A stretch of DNA of 63,830 bases, counting the filler, from Octopus bimaculoides (Eukaryota), in the NCBI RefSeq assembly GCF_001194135.2. It is 7 parts of 6 records of this genome, joined end to end, with 100 filler letters (N's around TTAATTAATTAA, not from the genome) between each part and the next. Parts side by side here need not be neighbours in the genome. Positions count along the whole stretch, not along the records: positions 44,941 to 59,794 come from NC_068989.1; positions 59,895 to 60,999 come from NW_026351316.1; positions 61,100 to 63,830 come from NC_069004.1; 4 more parts are not named here. The stretch is one strand, 5' to 3'. Position numbers and translations under genes: made by a program. A model generated the notes under the pieces. It did no database searches and was not told the origin of the DNA. It saw only the letters and a list, made by a program, of their open reading frames with translations. Below are positions 52,001 through 63,830 of this stretch, piece by piece; positions within the stretch are counted from its first letter, which is position 1, and the number at the start of each line of letters is the position of its first letter.

Positions 52001-52511
52001 CGAGACAATCAGAGCTCACAACGAAAGGAGACAAACTGCTAATTAAGATTTACATGACAAATATATTTGCAATTGTGTTCGTGTCAAGGACAATGATTCT
52101 ACATCTTCAACTTCCTGAATGGCAAGTGTATATTAGAATCAAAGGCCCCCTTCGGTCATGAATGACCATGGGATTGCATCTAGAAAGTTTCCCTCCGAGC
52201 CACAAGTCCTTGCAAGGTTGTTTATGAAAGAGCAGTAGTCGTCCACGTATACAAGCCTCCAATCTCCACGCCATCGATGTTATTCGATGAAAAAGCAAAG
52301 GACGATACAGTGACTTTGCAACACATTTCTACAGCTGAGAGAACTAGAGTTACGTGAAATACACACCCGGATCTAGGAATCGAACTCACTACTCATGGTT
52401 GTGAGACTGAGGTTCTAACCACTTAGCAATGCGCCTTCGTAAATGTATGTGTGTGTGAGCTTGATAAATCTCCATTCCTTTTATCATTATGAATGTTATA
52501 TATATAAACAT

Positions 52512-52553
<42 letters not shown>

Positions 52554-52777
52554 NNNNNNNNNNNNNNNNNNNNNNNNNNNNNNNNNNNNNNNNNNNNNNN
52601 NNNNNNNNNNNNNNNNNNNNNNNNNNNNNNNNNNNNNNNNNNNNNNNNNNNNNNNNNNNNNNNNNNNNNNNNNNNNNNNNNNNNNNNNNNNNNNNNNNNN
52701 NNNNNNNNNNNNNNNNNNNNNNNNNNNNNNNNNNNNNNNNNNNNNNNNNNNNNNNNNNNNNNNNNNNNNNNNNNNNN

Positions 52778-52813
<36 letters not shown>

Positions 52814-53008
52814 TGTGTCTATTACAGGCACAACAGAAACAGGAAGTAAGAGTGAGAGAAAGTTGTGGTGAAAGAGTACAGCAGGGTTCGCCACCATCCC
52901 CTGCCAGAGCCTCGTCGATGTTTTTGCTCAATAAACACTCACAACGCTTGGTCTGGGAATCGAAACCGCGATCCGCTGCTCTAACCACTAGGCCATTGAG
53001 CCTCCCTT

Positions 53009-53054
53009 GTGTAAGGTTTATATATATATATATATATATATATAAACCTTACAC
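53009..53054. repeat. Perfect 46-bp palindrome centred on (TA)n
   Basis: GTGTAAGGTTT-(AT)n-AAACCTTACAC. Confidence 0.9.
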
Positions 53055-53634
53055 CCACACATACGCGCTATATTTTATATGTGTGTATATTACGGTGTGC
53101 TAACATATGTGACTGAAATATATTTTGTCGTCTACTTTTTTTATAAAAGAAGAAAGTTTTGTTTTTTGTAAGCTTGTTTTTATATGAATTACGTATCTAT
53201 CTACTTGTGGACTAATGTCTAGAAAATATTAATAGAAGAGACACCAAGCAATGACAATCAACATTGTTTCATATGATTGATGGGACTAATAATGTTCCTC
53301 AGGGAATTCGAACAGCGCGGTTACAAATGGCATATGTAAATAGAACTAATTGGTATTGAAATATACCACTCGTGGGCTTTGTATATCGGAGCAGTGGTCA
53401 TGGTGGGAGGTAGAGCCGGTTTCATTTGCATTGGCACTGAGAATATGTCGGCTCTTTTTTCTTATTGAAATGAGTAAATTGCTTAGAAGCTTAAGGATGC
53501 AGACAGTATATTGCTGGTTCGAACCGAGCCGAACGTACATCAAGTAAAGTTTTAATTCAAAACAAAGAGGAGAAATGAGACAGAAGAAAGAAGAAAATGT
53601 ACTGGTAGCTGGATGCTATTTATAAAGTTAAATA

Positions 53635-53746
53635 CATTTCACGTTGAAAGCACCGGTTCTCATCTAATCACCGAAGTTAAGCAACATCGAGCCTAGTTAG
53701 TACTTAAATGGGTGACCGCTTGGGAAACCTAGGTGCTGTAAGCATT
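53635..53746 (+). pseudogene. 5S rRNA: 5S rRNA-derived sequence (about nt 10-120; pseudogene or SINE3-type head)
   Basis: CATTTCACGTTGAAAGCACCGGTTCTCATCTAATCACCGAAGTTAAGCAACATCGAGCCTAGTTAGTACTTAAATGGGTGACCGCTTGGGAAACCTAGGTGCTGTAAGCATT follows the metazoan 5S consensus. The CCTAG/CTAGG helix is preserved. Box C has TGGATGGG changed to TAAATGGG, and the first ~9 nt are missing. Confidence 0.92.
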
Positions 53747-53747
53747 T

Positions 53748-53983
53748 GTCTGTGTTTGTGTGTCTGTATTTGTCCCCCCCACCGCCACCACCATCACTTG
53801 ACAACCGATGCTGGTGTGTTTACGTCCACATAACTTAGCGGTTCGGCAAAAAGTACCCGATAGAATAAGTATTAGGCTTACAAAGAATAAGTCCTGGGGT
53901 CAATTTGATCGACTAAAGGCGGTGCTCCAGCATGGCCGCCGTCAAAATGACTGAAATAAGTAAAAGAGTAAAAGAGTAAAAGA
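53748..53983 (+). mobile_element. 3' half of a family-B SINE directly joined to the 5S copy
   Basis: GTCTGTGTTTGTGTGTCTGTATTTGTCCCC..CTTGACAACCGATGCTGGTG..GACTAAAGGCGGTGCTCCAGCATGGCCGC..AAGTAAAAGAGTAAAAGAG matches the 3' half of 37173-37587. Confidence 0.92.
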
Positions 53984-56900
53984 TATATATATATATATAT
54001 ATGTGTGTGTATGTGTGTGCGCGTGTGTGTGTGTGTGTATACATGTGTGTCTGTCTATATATATAAATATGTAATATATATGTATGTATATATCTGTATA
54101 TATGTACATATATGTATGTATATAGGTAAATATATATATGCATATGTATATATGCATATGTATATGTATACGTATNNNNNNNNNNNNNNNNNNNNNNNNN
54201 NNNNNNNNNNNNNNNNNNNNNNNNNNNNNNNNNNNNNNNNNNNNNNNNNNNNNNNNNNNNNNNNNNNNNNNNNNNNNNNNNNNNNNNNNNNNNNNNNNNN
54301 NNNNNNNNNNNNNNNNNNNNNNNNNNNNNNNNNNNNNNNNNNNNNNNNNNNNNNNNNNNNNNNNNNNNNNNNNNNNNNNNNNNNNNNNNNNNNNNNNNNN
54401 NNNNNNNNNNNNNNNNNNNNNNNNNNNNNNNNNNNNNNNNNNNNNNNNNNNNNNNNNNNNNNNNNNNNNNNNNNNNNNNNNNNNNNNNNNNNNNNNNNNN
54501 NNNNNNNNNNNTATATATATGTTTGTTTAGACACACATACATGCATATATATGTGGGGCTATGTTGCTATAGAGTAATTTCGTTGCAATGCTCTTTATAT
54601 TACCTAGGGATATAAACAACGGAAGCTAACTAATATAAACATATACCGAGAATTTTCTTTGTGAAAGGAACCATGATTAATTAAAAGGAAATAAAGAAAT
54701 AAGTACATAAACAAATAAATACATAATCGGTTAATGAAATAAATCAAAACGTATATATGTATATGCGTACATTTTCAGAATTTGTGTATTAACTTACAAT
54801 TGTGTAAAATATAATTTTAAGACACTCGTAAAGGAATTGTACATCCAGAAATAGAAAAGTGTTCTAAGTTTCTGATTTTAGGTACTTGCCATTCGGAGCG
54901 AATTCGTGTTCAGAATTGGTAAAATGTTACATATAAGGCATAATGCTTAACGACATTACGTCCATTTTATGTTCTGAGTTCAAGCTTTCTCGAAATTGAA
55001 TTTGAATTTCATCCTTTCGAGGATGAAAGCACTGCGATCGATGTAATCGATTTAGTTTCTCCTTCGAAATTGGTGGTCTTGTGTCAAAATTTGAAACCAA
55101 TATATTTCTTTCAGTATTTAGTGAGGTAATATATTTTCACATTTGTGACAGAATGTGCTTTGAATCCTTGAGGGTTAAATGAAAAGTCTTTTAGCTCATG
55201 ACTGGCAACTTTTCAATCGAATGCAGCTTTCTCTTGGGAAGTTTTGTGTTGATACTTGCATGTTTTCTTGTTATATTTACGATGTTGTTATGTACACCGT
55301 ATATTCATCGTAGCAAATCAAATTAGTTTCAACTGACGTAAATTACATTTTTGTGAAATCTAGTAAGCAATTCCATTTTCAGTGAGAAGAAGCAAAAATA
55401 TTTCATTGAATATCTTCCATCCATAGGAAGGAGACAGAGAAAATAATTTGAAGAGATGTTTATCAAGAAAACGAGAAATAGCTAAACGGGGAATTTTTTG
55501 TTCTGAAAATAGCAAAGCTACCAGACATCTTGAGGAGACTCGTAGGAATTTTAGTAAGTGTTGTTTTGGAGAGCATGAATAACGTTTTAGAGCGACATTC
55601 GGATGGAAGTAAAGGCATCAAATAAACGAAATGAGCGTAAGGGGCACACAAATCCGTGCTTATAGTTTCAAAGGAATGAAAAATACCGCTTTGAGTTTAC
55701 GAATATAGCAATGTAGAAATTTACAAAAGGTAGTTGGTAATACGGTTCATATTTAGATAGTCTTTTAAATTGGATGATTATGATAATGTTGTCGTTTAAT
55801 ATAGAACAGGTTTTTTTCTCAGTGGAAAATCGGAAACATTCTTTTCTGTAGGAATATCTTTATCAACACTTTGTAAAAACTACAACTTGATCCATCAATG
55901 ATTCATGAATACTTACATAATTTTTCTGGAAATATTTTCTTCCCAAACTTCAAATATTTGTATCTGGCATTTTTCTTCCGTAACCCAAACACATCTGTTA
56001 TGATTTCCATCACTTTTAACTTGTTCCATGTTATACATGATTTAAAGAATTTTATGAAATCTATCTTTCATCTTGACCCTTACAATGATTTATTTCTATA
56101 AATCTATATCATTTCTTCAACTGTGCTCTTTAGAAATATATAATTCTAGAGTCTATATATTTCCTTATGACATTTCCCCAGCTCTATTGAATCTCTCTAT
56201 TGCTTAGTATATTTTCCCTATATGATCAGGACAACTACTTCCATATCATTGAGACATAATTTCCCTCTATTTTCCTTTTCGTTTCCATTTTGTTCCCATC
56301 CATTCACACTTTGACATTCATATATACGCCATTGTGAATCTTGATACCGAGTTTAGATACATGTACTTCTTTCTCATGTCTTTAAATTTCATTCTTTTTT
56401 GTTTTACCTAAAATAGAGACATTTCCTTCAACAACCTTATCCATTTCTTTTGCCAAAATTAGAATTTATCTGATTTGATATGAACCTAAGCTAGACACCA
56501 TTACAGCCCTACAAGTTTACCAATTATACTTTTCTTGGTGAGATTTTTAAATAAATATTTTATTTCCTCTGAAATTAGTTTCTCTTTTGCTTTTTTATCA
56601 TGTCACTGAGGACACAAATGTCTGTAGTCTTCATTCCATTTATATCTAAAGAACTACCTTCTATAGAAGTGAAGTTATTGCTGAATTTCATCTCCAAGAC
56701 AATGTAATTCTGTTATTGATTAGGTCGGGGAGATGTGTCGATGCATCATGACATTTATTAATACATTTTACTATTGCAGATTGAATGAAGAATTAATATA
56801 GTAGTTCTTTTGTGTGTTCTGAAATGGCTAAAATGATTCTCCTATGATGTTAATAATTTCAGTCACAGCACATGATCTGAGACCAAATCACTTGCCAGAA

Positions 56901-58261
56901 AAATTAAACTCTGTAATTCATCAATTTTATCCTTACTACAATACTCAATGCAATAGTTGTGCGGAGAACTATAAGAAAAATTGGAATAGTACTTGGATGA
57001 AATTAGAATTTAATATCACTATTAAATTCAACGTAAAGCATAGATCAGTTGAAATGGCTTCCACAAATGAATTTATATATAATCTTATATCTAAATATAG
57101 GAATCAAATGTCACGCAATTAATAACCTATCACCTTAAAAAACGCTGTACGCCTTTTGGGTTAATACGTTAATAGAAATTCTAGTTCTGAAACAAAAATA
57201 GATGAGATGGTCACGACTTAAATGAACTTTGACAACAGCTCTGTTTTACTATGACCAAAATTTAAACAATTTCAACAAAATTAATAAATGTGAAGGCTTT
57301 CAAGGTAATTAAATATCCATAAATAAATAACTATATGTTCGTCGATTAGAATCAACCAAGAGATACATGGTTAGTAATTCGGCAACTCAACATAGTTAAA
57401 TGAAATTTCAAATCAGTTGGACTGTTGAGCCTATGAAATGACCAGTTTCATAGAATGCCTTTGCGCAAGAATCATGTTCGATGGTTGCCTCATTTCTTGT
57501 TCAACAAAATCATTTGTGAGGTTTAACTTGAAACATAAAACTGAAAATTGCTTTCCTGCGATTATTCAAACAATTACATCTCCTTAAATACACGTAGAAA
57601 TTGCTGACATTGAGTGATGAGCATTGCCAATGACGAGAATCAAACCATCGTCTGTCTATGAAGGAATACTGCCTACACAGCTAAGTTTGTTGTTAAAGAT
57701 AGAAACGAAATTCGCATCATATTAAATCCAAATTTCTTAAAATAAGAAAAAGAAACGTGAGTGAGGACAGTATAGATGCTGGATATACAAAAATAATACA
57801 TAACGATCTAAGGATAAACAGAAATAGCAACAACAACAACAATCTATTGACACAAAGCAAGTTCAACTCGTTAAGGGAAACCTTAATTAATTGAATACAT
57901 AAAAAAAACTATAAAATGTATAAATATAGAACCAACTAACAATAATGACAAGAAGACCAGCAGCCAAATGCTATTATATCTTTCTATGAAAATGATTACC
58001 GGTGTGATAAAGTGTTCAAAATAACATCATGCAGGAAAACACTTTAAAACATTCTAAAAAAAAAAATGTATATGATAATGCGATTAAAATTCAATATATT
58101 TACTTCCTATGATTTTTTTATGATTCAATGTCTATCAATAATTTTTTTACATTTTCCATGTGTTTCATTTAATTACAATTTCATGCACAAGCAAATATGT
58201 GTATGCACATGTGTATTGACCTCTCTCTCCTCCTCTCTCCCTCTCTTTCTCTCTCTGTCAC

Positions 58262-58330
<69 letters not shown>

Positions 58331-58567
58331 NNNNNNNNNNNNNNNNNNNNNNNNNNNNNNNNNNNNNNNNNNNNNNNNNNNNNNNNNNNNNNNNNNNNNN
58401 NNNNNNNNNNNNNNNNNNNNNNNNNNNNNNNNNNNNNNNNNNNNNNNNNNNNNNNNNNNNNNNNNNNNNNNNNNNNNNNNNNNNNNNNNNNNNNNNNNNN
58501 NNNNNNNNNNNNNNNNNNNNNNNNNNNNNNNNNNNNNNNNNNNNNNNNNNNNNNNNNNNNNNNNNNN

Positions 58568-58628
<61 letters not shown>

Positions 58629-59552
58629 GAGAGATTTGTAAATATGCATAAACATGCATTTATACATAATACATGCATACATACAATTCAGTAGCACCCA
58701 TTGTATTTCGTGCCTAGAAAAGAGAGAGAGAAGTAAGAGAGAGAGAAAGAGAAAGAGAAAGACTCGAATAGCTATGCGCATTCATAATACAATTATTGTC
58801 TTCCCCGTCTCCAGCGCCATATTTTTACTGTGTACAAAATCCGCTTGTAAGCAGTAAGACTCAATTATTTTCAAGAACGTCTCAAATATTGATAAGAGTT
58901 GCAAGCGAGGGGAATTTAAATAAGTTGAAGAGCCCTCAAGAAATTGTTTATCATCAACTTTACACTACAATATCGATTTGTTAGTATTGTTGGAAGCAGT
59001 TGGTCTGTATATTATTGTCTCCTATCAGCTTCTTATTTTTTCATCTATATTTCTCTGTCTTTCATTTCTCTTTCGTTCACTCAATCACTTTCTTTTTCTG
59101 ATTCACTTTCACATGTCCTACTCTGTCTCCTAAACACACACTTAAACACTGATTCAAACACATATATACACTGTAAGAAATGTCGAATGATTCAGAATTA
59201 TATATATATAAAATATATAATTTCTTGCAGTATAATATCAATCATTTGAAATGTCGGAAAGCAAAATCTATTTTCTATATCTACATACATCATTTTTATC
59301 CATATTTTTACTTGTTTCGGTCAGTGGAGTGCGGTCATGCTGGAGTACCGCATTGAAGGTTTTTTTAATGGACCAAATCGACTCCAGTGCTTATTATTTA
59401 ACAATGGTTTTTATTATATCGGTCCCTGGTGAAGTACCGCTATACACAGAAGTAGATAGATAGATACACATGTACATATACATATGCACACATACACACA
59501 TACATACACATACATATATATATCTGTTAATATATGTATTTATATAATTATG

Positions 59553-59776
59553 CTATTTCGTTATTGCCCACATGGGACTAAACATAGAGGGGACAAATAA
59601 AGGGGTTAAGTCGATTACATCGACCCCAGTGCGTAACTGGTACTTAATTTATCGACCCCGAAAGGATGAAAGGCAAAGTCGACCTCGGCGGAATTTGAAC
59701 TCAGAACGTAACGGCAGACGAAATACCGCTAAGCATTTCGCCCGGCGTGCTAACGTTTCTGCCAGCTCGCCGCCTT
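59553..59776 (-). mobile_element. SINE family A monomer of the same tail type as the dimers
   Basis: Full head AAGGCGGCGAGCTGGCAGAAACG. The tail ends ...GGGCAATAACGAAATAG. Confidence 0.92.
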
Positions 59777-59794
59777 TATACAAATATGGTCATA

Positions 59795-59894
59795 NNNNNN
59801 NNNNNNNNNNNNNNNNNNNNNNNNNNNNNNNNNNNNNNTTAATTAATTAANNNNNNNNNNNNNNNNNNNNNNNNNNNNNNNNNNNNNNNNNNNN
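59795..59894. other. Artificial assembly linker N44-TTAATTAATTAA-N44
   Basis: 12-mer at 59839-59850. Confidence 0.97.
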
Positions 59895-60778
59895 GACACA
59901 CACAGGGACAGAGATAGGCTTCACATGTGTGTTAATGTACGTGTGTGTGTCTCTTAGTTTATGTATGTAACTTCCCTTCCCCCCAACAGTGAGACGCGCA
60001 GATATTGAAACTTCTTTACTTGCGGCTTCGACTTCAAACAAACAACAACGTTCTCTTTCAAGTACTACCAACATGAAGATTTGACTGATTTAACACTACT
60101 CACAATACTCGCAAATATATCTGAAAAAAAAAAAAAAAAAAAAATTATTCTGGTTATTATAACAAATTCGGAAACTTGGCGAAGTAGAAACCCTCAGCGG
60201 CTCTTTCACTATAATTACAGAAATGTTATTCTACTTCTAACCAGTTTCAAGATAGTTTTTTTTTTAGCAGTCCTCGTATTCTTCATCACTGTGAGTATCA
60301 ACGTCACACAACCTTTTTACTGCGTTACTCAGTATTTATTCTACAGCCTATAATGTTACACAGTTCGAAAACAGCATCTTCCTTTTTATACGCTAGGTTC
60401 AACGTTCGTTTCAAAATAAATTATTTTTGTATGAAAAATTGAATTATGTCTTCTGAATTTACTTGGACTTTCACTTTCTTCACCGTGACATTCATTCAAT
60501 CGTGAATTTTATAACATTTAGTACATGTTCCAAATAAATGTTGACTTTCTGTACTTTCTTACATTGGTGACGCATACTAACTTTAGCTAAATTGGTGACT
60601 TTCCATTTTTTTTTATAGCATAACTATGCTACAGAAAGTATGTTTTGCACCTATATTGACTACATTTCGTTTCGCTTGAACTTCATGTATGTATGCTTTG
60701 CTGTTTTCAATATTATCAATTCTATGAGAGCGCGCGTGCGTTTCTGCGTTCGTTACGACTATAGTAAACTATAGTAAA

Positions 60779-60845
60779 GAACATTTTATGCTGTTTTAAT
60801 GAGCCCACATCTAATGAAGTGGCCATCCTTATGATTGGTGATCCC
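60779..60845 (+). mobile_element. Probable Helitron Rep/helicase coding scrap
   Basis: EH.(fs)CCFNEPTSNEVAILMIGDP resembles the Helitron motif EH.RRFN.PT..EVAI...G. TGC TGT is compatible with CpG decay of CGC CGT. Confidence 0.45.
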
Positions 60846-60999
60846 ATGCATACACACACTCTAGGTAAAATTTATGTGCGAATTATGTCAATCCTTGCAG
60901 TGTGCACGTACAAATTTACAGCTCAAACCCAATTGAAATGATCTTTTTTTATTGTGTAATTTGTGTTTGTGATGAACGTATTTAAAAACCTGATCTTCG

Positions 61000-61099
61000 N
61001 NNNNNNNNNNNNNNNNNNNNNNNNNNNNNNNNNNNNNNNNNNNTTAATTAATTAANNNNNNNNNNNNNNNNNNNNNNNNNNNNNNNNNNNNNNNNNNNN
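61000..61099. other. Artificial assembly linker N44-TTAATTAATTAA-N44
   Basis: 12-mer at 61044-61055. Confidence 0.97.
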
Positions 61100-61129
<30 letters not shown>

Positions 61130-61132
<3 letters not shown>

Positions 61133-61248
61133 GAGAATATACAAATAATAACAACAGACGAGGACAGGTGGTGTAAATAACAAAAGTATATATTAGTATG
61201 ACGCTCGGGAATACGGAAAGTCTTTGACGTTTCGAGCTACGCTCTTCA
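61130..61248 (-). mobile_element. Short TA-flanked element with a truncated hammerhead-like motif (61222-61248)
   Basis: Minus strand TGA-A-GAGC-GTA-GCTC-GAAAC-GTC-AAAG, with the 5' catalytic box lost at the (TA)n edge. It is homologous to 20377-20523. Confidence 0.55.
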
Positions 61249-61530
61249 AATATATATATACATATATAAATGTTTGTATACATACATGCATAAATACATA
61301 ATTGTGTATACATATGAGTTTGTAGAGTCCTTTGATAAATTTGTATCTAAGTGTGTGTGTGTGTGTGTGTCCGTATAAATATACTTGAGTTTGTGTAGAA
61401 GTGTCTATATGGGTGTGAATATGTGTGTGTGTGTGTGTGTGTATATATGAATATAGGGTTTACACGCGCGCATAAGAGTGCATAATAAATAGGTGCCAGT
61501 GTGGGCGTCCGTGTAGGTGTGAACGTGTGG

Positions 61531-61563
<33 letters not shown>

Positions 61564-61808
61564 TCTGTCTCCGTGAGTACATGATGTTCTTGTCGATGTT
61601 GTGGTCACTGTGGTTGCTATTGTTGTTGTTGTTGTTGTTCCTGTTGGTGGTGGGGGTGGTGATGGTGGTGGTAGTGGTTCGACCTTTGTCGGTCATGACG
61701 AAACAGCATTGAACATAGATGATCCTAACATGACCATCTCATCTTATTATTGTAAATGATGTTGTTGGTGCTGGTATAGTTGTTGTTATTGATGTTGTTG
61801 TTGTTATA

Positions 61809-61852
<44 letters not shown>

Positions 61853-62086
61853 GTTGCTGTTGTTGTTGTTATCAAGGCTGCGAACTGGCAGAATAGTTAA
61901 CATGCCGGACAAAATGCTTGGGGGTATTTCGTCTGTCGCTACGTTCTGAGCTCAAATTCCGCCGAGGCCGACTTTGCCCTTCATCCTCTCTGGGTCGATA
62001 AATTAAATACCATTTGAGTCCTGGGGTCGATCTAATCGAGTGGCCCCTCCCACAAAATTTCAGGCCTAGTGCCTATAATAGAAAGG

Positions 62087-62134
<48 letters not shown>

Positions 62135-62520
62135 GAGTGAGAGAGCAGTGCATGCTATCAAAGTGACACTGGGGTAAAATATACGAAGTCCAGTATATCC
62201 ATCATGACCACCCGTCTGATAAGGGTACACCAGGCACATGCATCACAACCATATGTGTGCAACATGATGATCTCATATCAAGATAAACAGTGCATGACCT
62301 TGCAAGTGGGGTCCAGTTAGAATTTTTTTCAGGTCGAGTAGCCCATCCCGCTCAAAAGGTCCCTAAATAAGGTTGTTTCAGGACGATGGACGAAACACCC
62401 ATGTTTCCAGTTGTGAATTATTCAAGCCCCAAAAGATTCCTCTCAACAAATGGCTATGATGCTACCCCCACTACTTCTGCTCGTGATCAGAGATGCACAT
62501 ATCTTCAGCCACCAAGGGAC
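62135..62520 (-). mobile_element. Unclassified (AAT)n-tailed repeat (copy 2), between two family-A SINEs
   Basis: Reverse complement of 18460-18846. It abuts the (ATT)n tract at the tail of the upstream SINE (~61870-62085); another SINE starts at 62521. Confidence 0.8.
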
Positions 62521-62921
62521 AGGGCGATCAGCTGGCAGAATTGTTAGCACGCCGGGGAAAATACTTAGCTGCATTTCTTCCGTTCTGATTTCAAATACCG
62601 CCCATGTCGACTCAGCCTTTCGTCGTTTCAGGGTCGATAAAATAATTACCAGTTGAGCGCCGGAGTCGGAGTAATCGACTTACCGACTCCTTCAAAATTG
62701 CTGGCTTTGTGCTAAAATTTGAAACCACCATTATCATTCTTATTTTTATACATATATATATACATAGGTGTCTATATACATAGAGGTTTAGCTACGCAGA
62801 CTTAGATGGACACATATGTATACACATTCATATGTACGTAATGTACACACAAATGTACACATTTGTGTAACGTGTATATCTGTGTGCGAGTGTGTATGTG
62901 TGAATGCATTGTGTGTACTTA

Positions 62922-62960
<39 letters not shown>

Positions 62961-63333
62961 TACACATACACACATCTATATTTATACATAAATATGATCC
63001 GCTAAACAAACTTGAAAGGGTGTTAAGTAGATCGTAATATCTTCTACCCCTGCTCCGTCACATGGTGCATATTTCTATCTGGTACTTATTTTATCGATTT
63101 GCAATATACCGATTGACTGAGCGGCTTAAAACAACAGACGCCTTGTTTGAAAGACTGATAAACGCAAACACAGTTCCACACGCGTCGTACATACAAGCAT
63201 AACAGGTACGCAGAAACATCTACCCGTATTTACTCAAACAAATATATATATATATTCTTTTAGTCTTTTACTTGGTTCAGTCATTTGACTGCAGCCATGC
63301 TGGAGCACCGCCTTAGATAAATATATACACACT

Positions 63334-63364
<31 letters not shown>

Positions 63365-63368
63365 TTAG

Positions 63369-63401
<33 letters not shown>

Positions 63402-63830
63402 GAGAGGAAAATATGCTGTTGTACACCTGGATATTTCAACAATTACACCTGGCCATGTGATTAATTTTTTCGAGTGACAAATTAAAATCTCGGTTAGGTG
63501 TATTGGCTGTTGCCTTTAGTGGTGCGATGTGGTGCGATAGTGAGGACATAGCGAACGTTGTTTTAATAACAATCAACGCTGCCGCCACCACCACTACCAC
63601 TGTCGCCTCTATCACCCGAAAACGACGCCGCCACCGCCACCACCACTACTACTACTGCAGCTACTTCTACTACTGCTACTACTACCACAGCTGCTGCCAT
63701 CACCACCACTACCCCTAGTACCAACACCATTACCCATTACCACCAACAGCACCGCCACCGTCACCACCACCATTAACACCACCACCACCACCACCACAAC
63801 CACCACCACAACCGCCACCACCAGCAACAC

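Noticed and set aside
55900-56500. Possible LINE endonuclease remnant on the minus strand
   Set aside because: Many stops and only weak motif similarity; cannot be supported without a profile search.
63560-63830. His/Thr/Val-rich ORFs at the window end
   Set aside because: Cryptic (CCA)/(CTA) trinucleotide repeats explain them.

Overview
AT-rich, repeat-saturated animal DNA. Its SINE families and extreme microsatellite load suggest a coleoid cephalopod, probably Octopus (inference from recalled repeat families; no search was run). The window is not one contig: six 100-bp N44-TTAATTAATTAA-N44 linkers split it into seven segments, with ordinary N gaps in addition. Almost every entry in the ORF track is a microsatellite or gap artefact. 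Supported content: (i) three abundant tRNA-type SINE families (called A, B, C here); (ii) two R4/Dong-type LINE remnants stacked in (TAA)n tracts, one reconstructable across a SINE insertion with a 6-bp target-site duplication (TSD); (iii) two internally deleted mariner transposons with TIRs; (iv) a CR1/Jockey-like reverse transcriptase remnant and weaker Helitron and Tc1-like scraps; (v) a 5S rRNA copy fused to the 3' half of a family-B SINE; (vi) several decayed minimal hammerhead-ribozyme-like motifs in short TA-flanked elements; (vii) two cryptic degenerate minisatellites and several fold-backs; (viii) one plausible first coding exon of an unidentified host gene (9107-9196). There is no intact multi-gene system. 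The best novelty candidates are the 5S-SINE chimera, the hammerhead-bearing short elements, the 59-nt pre-miRNA-like hairpin and the reproducible SINE dimer with a palindromic junction.
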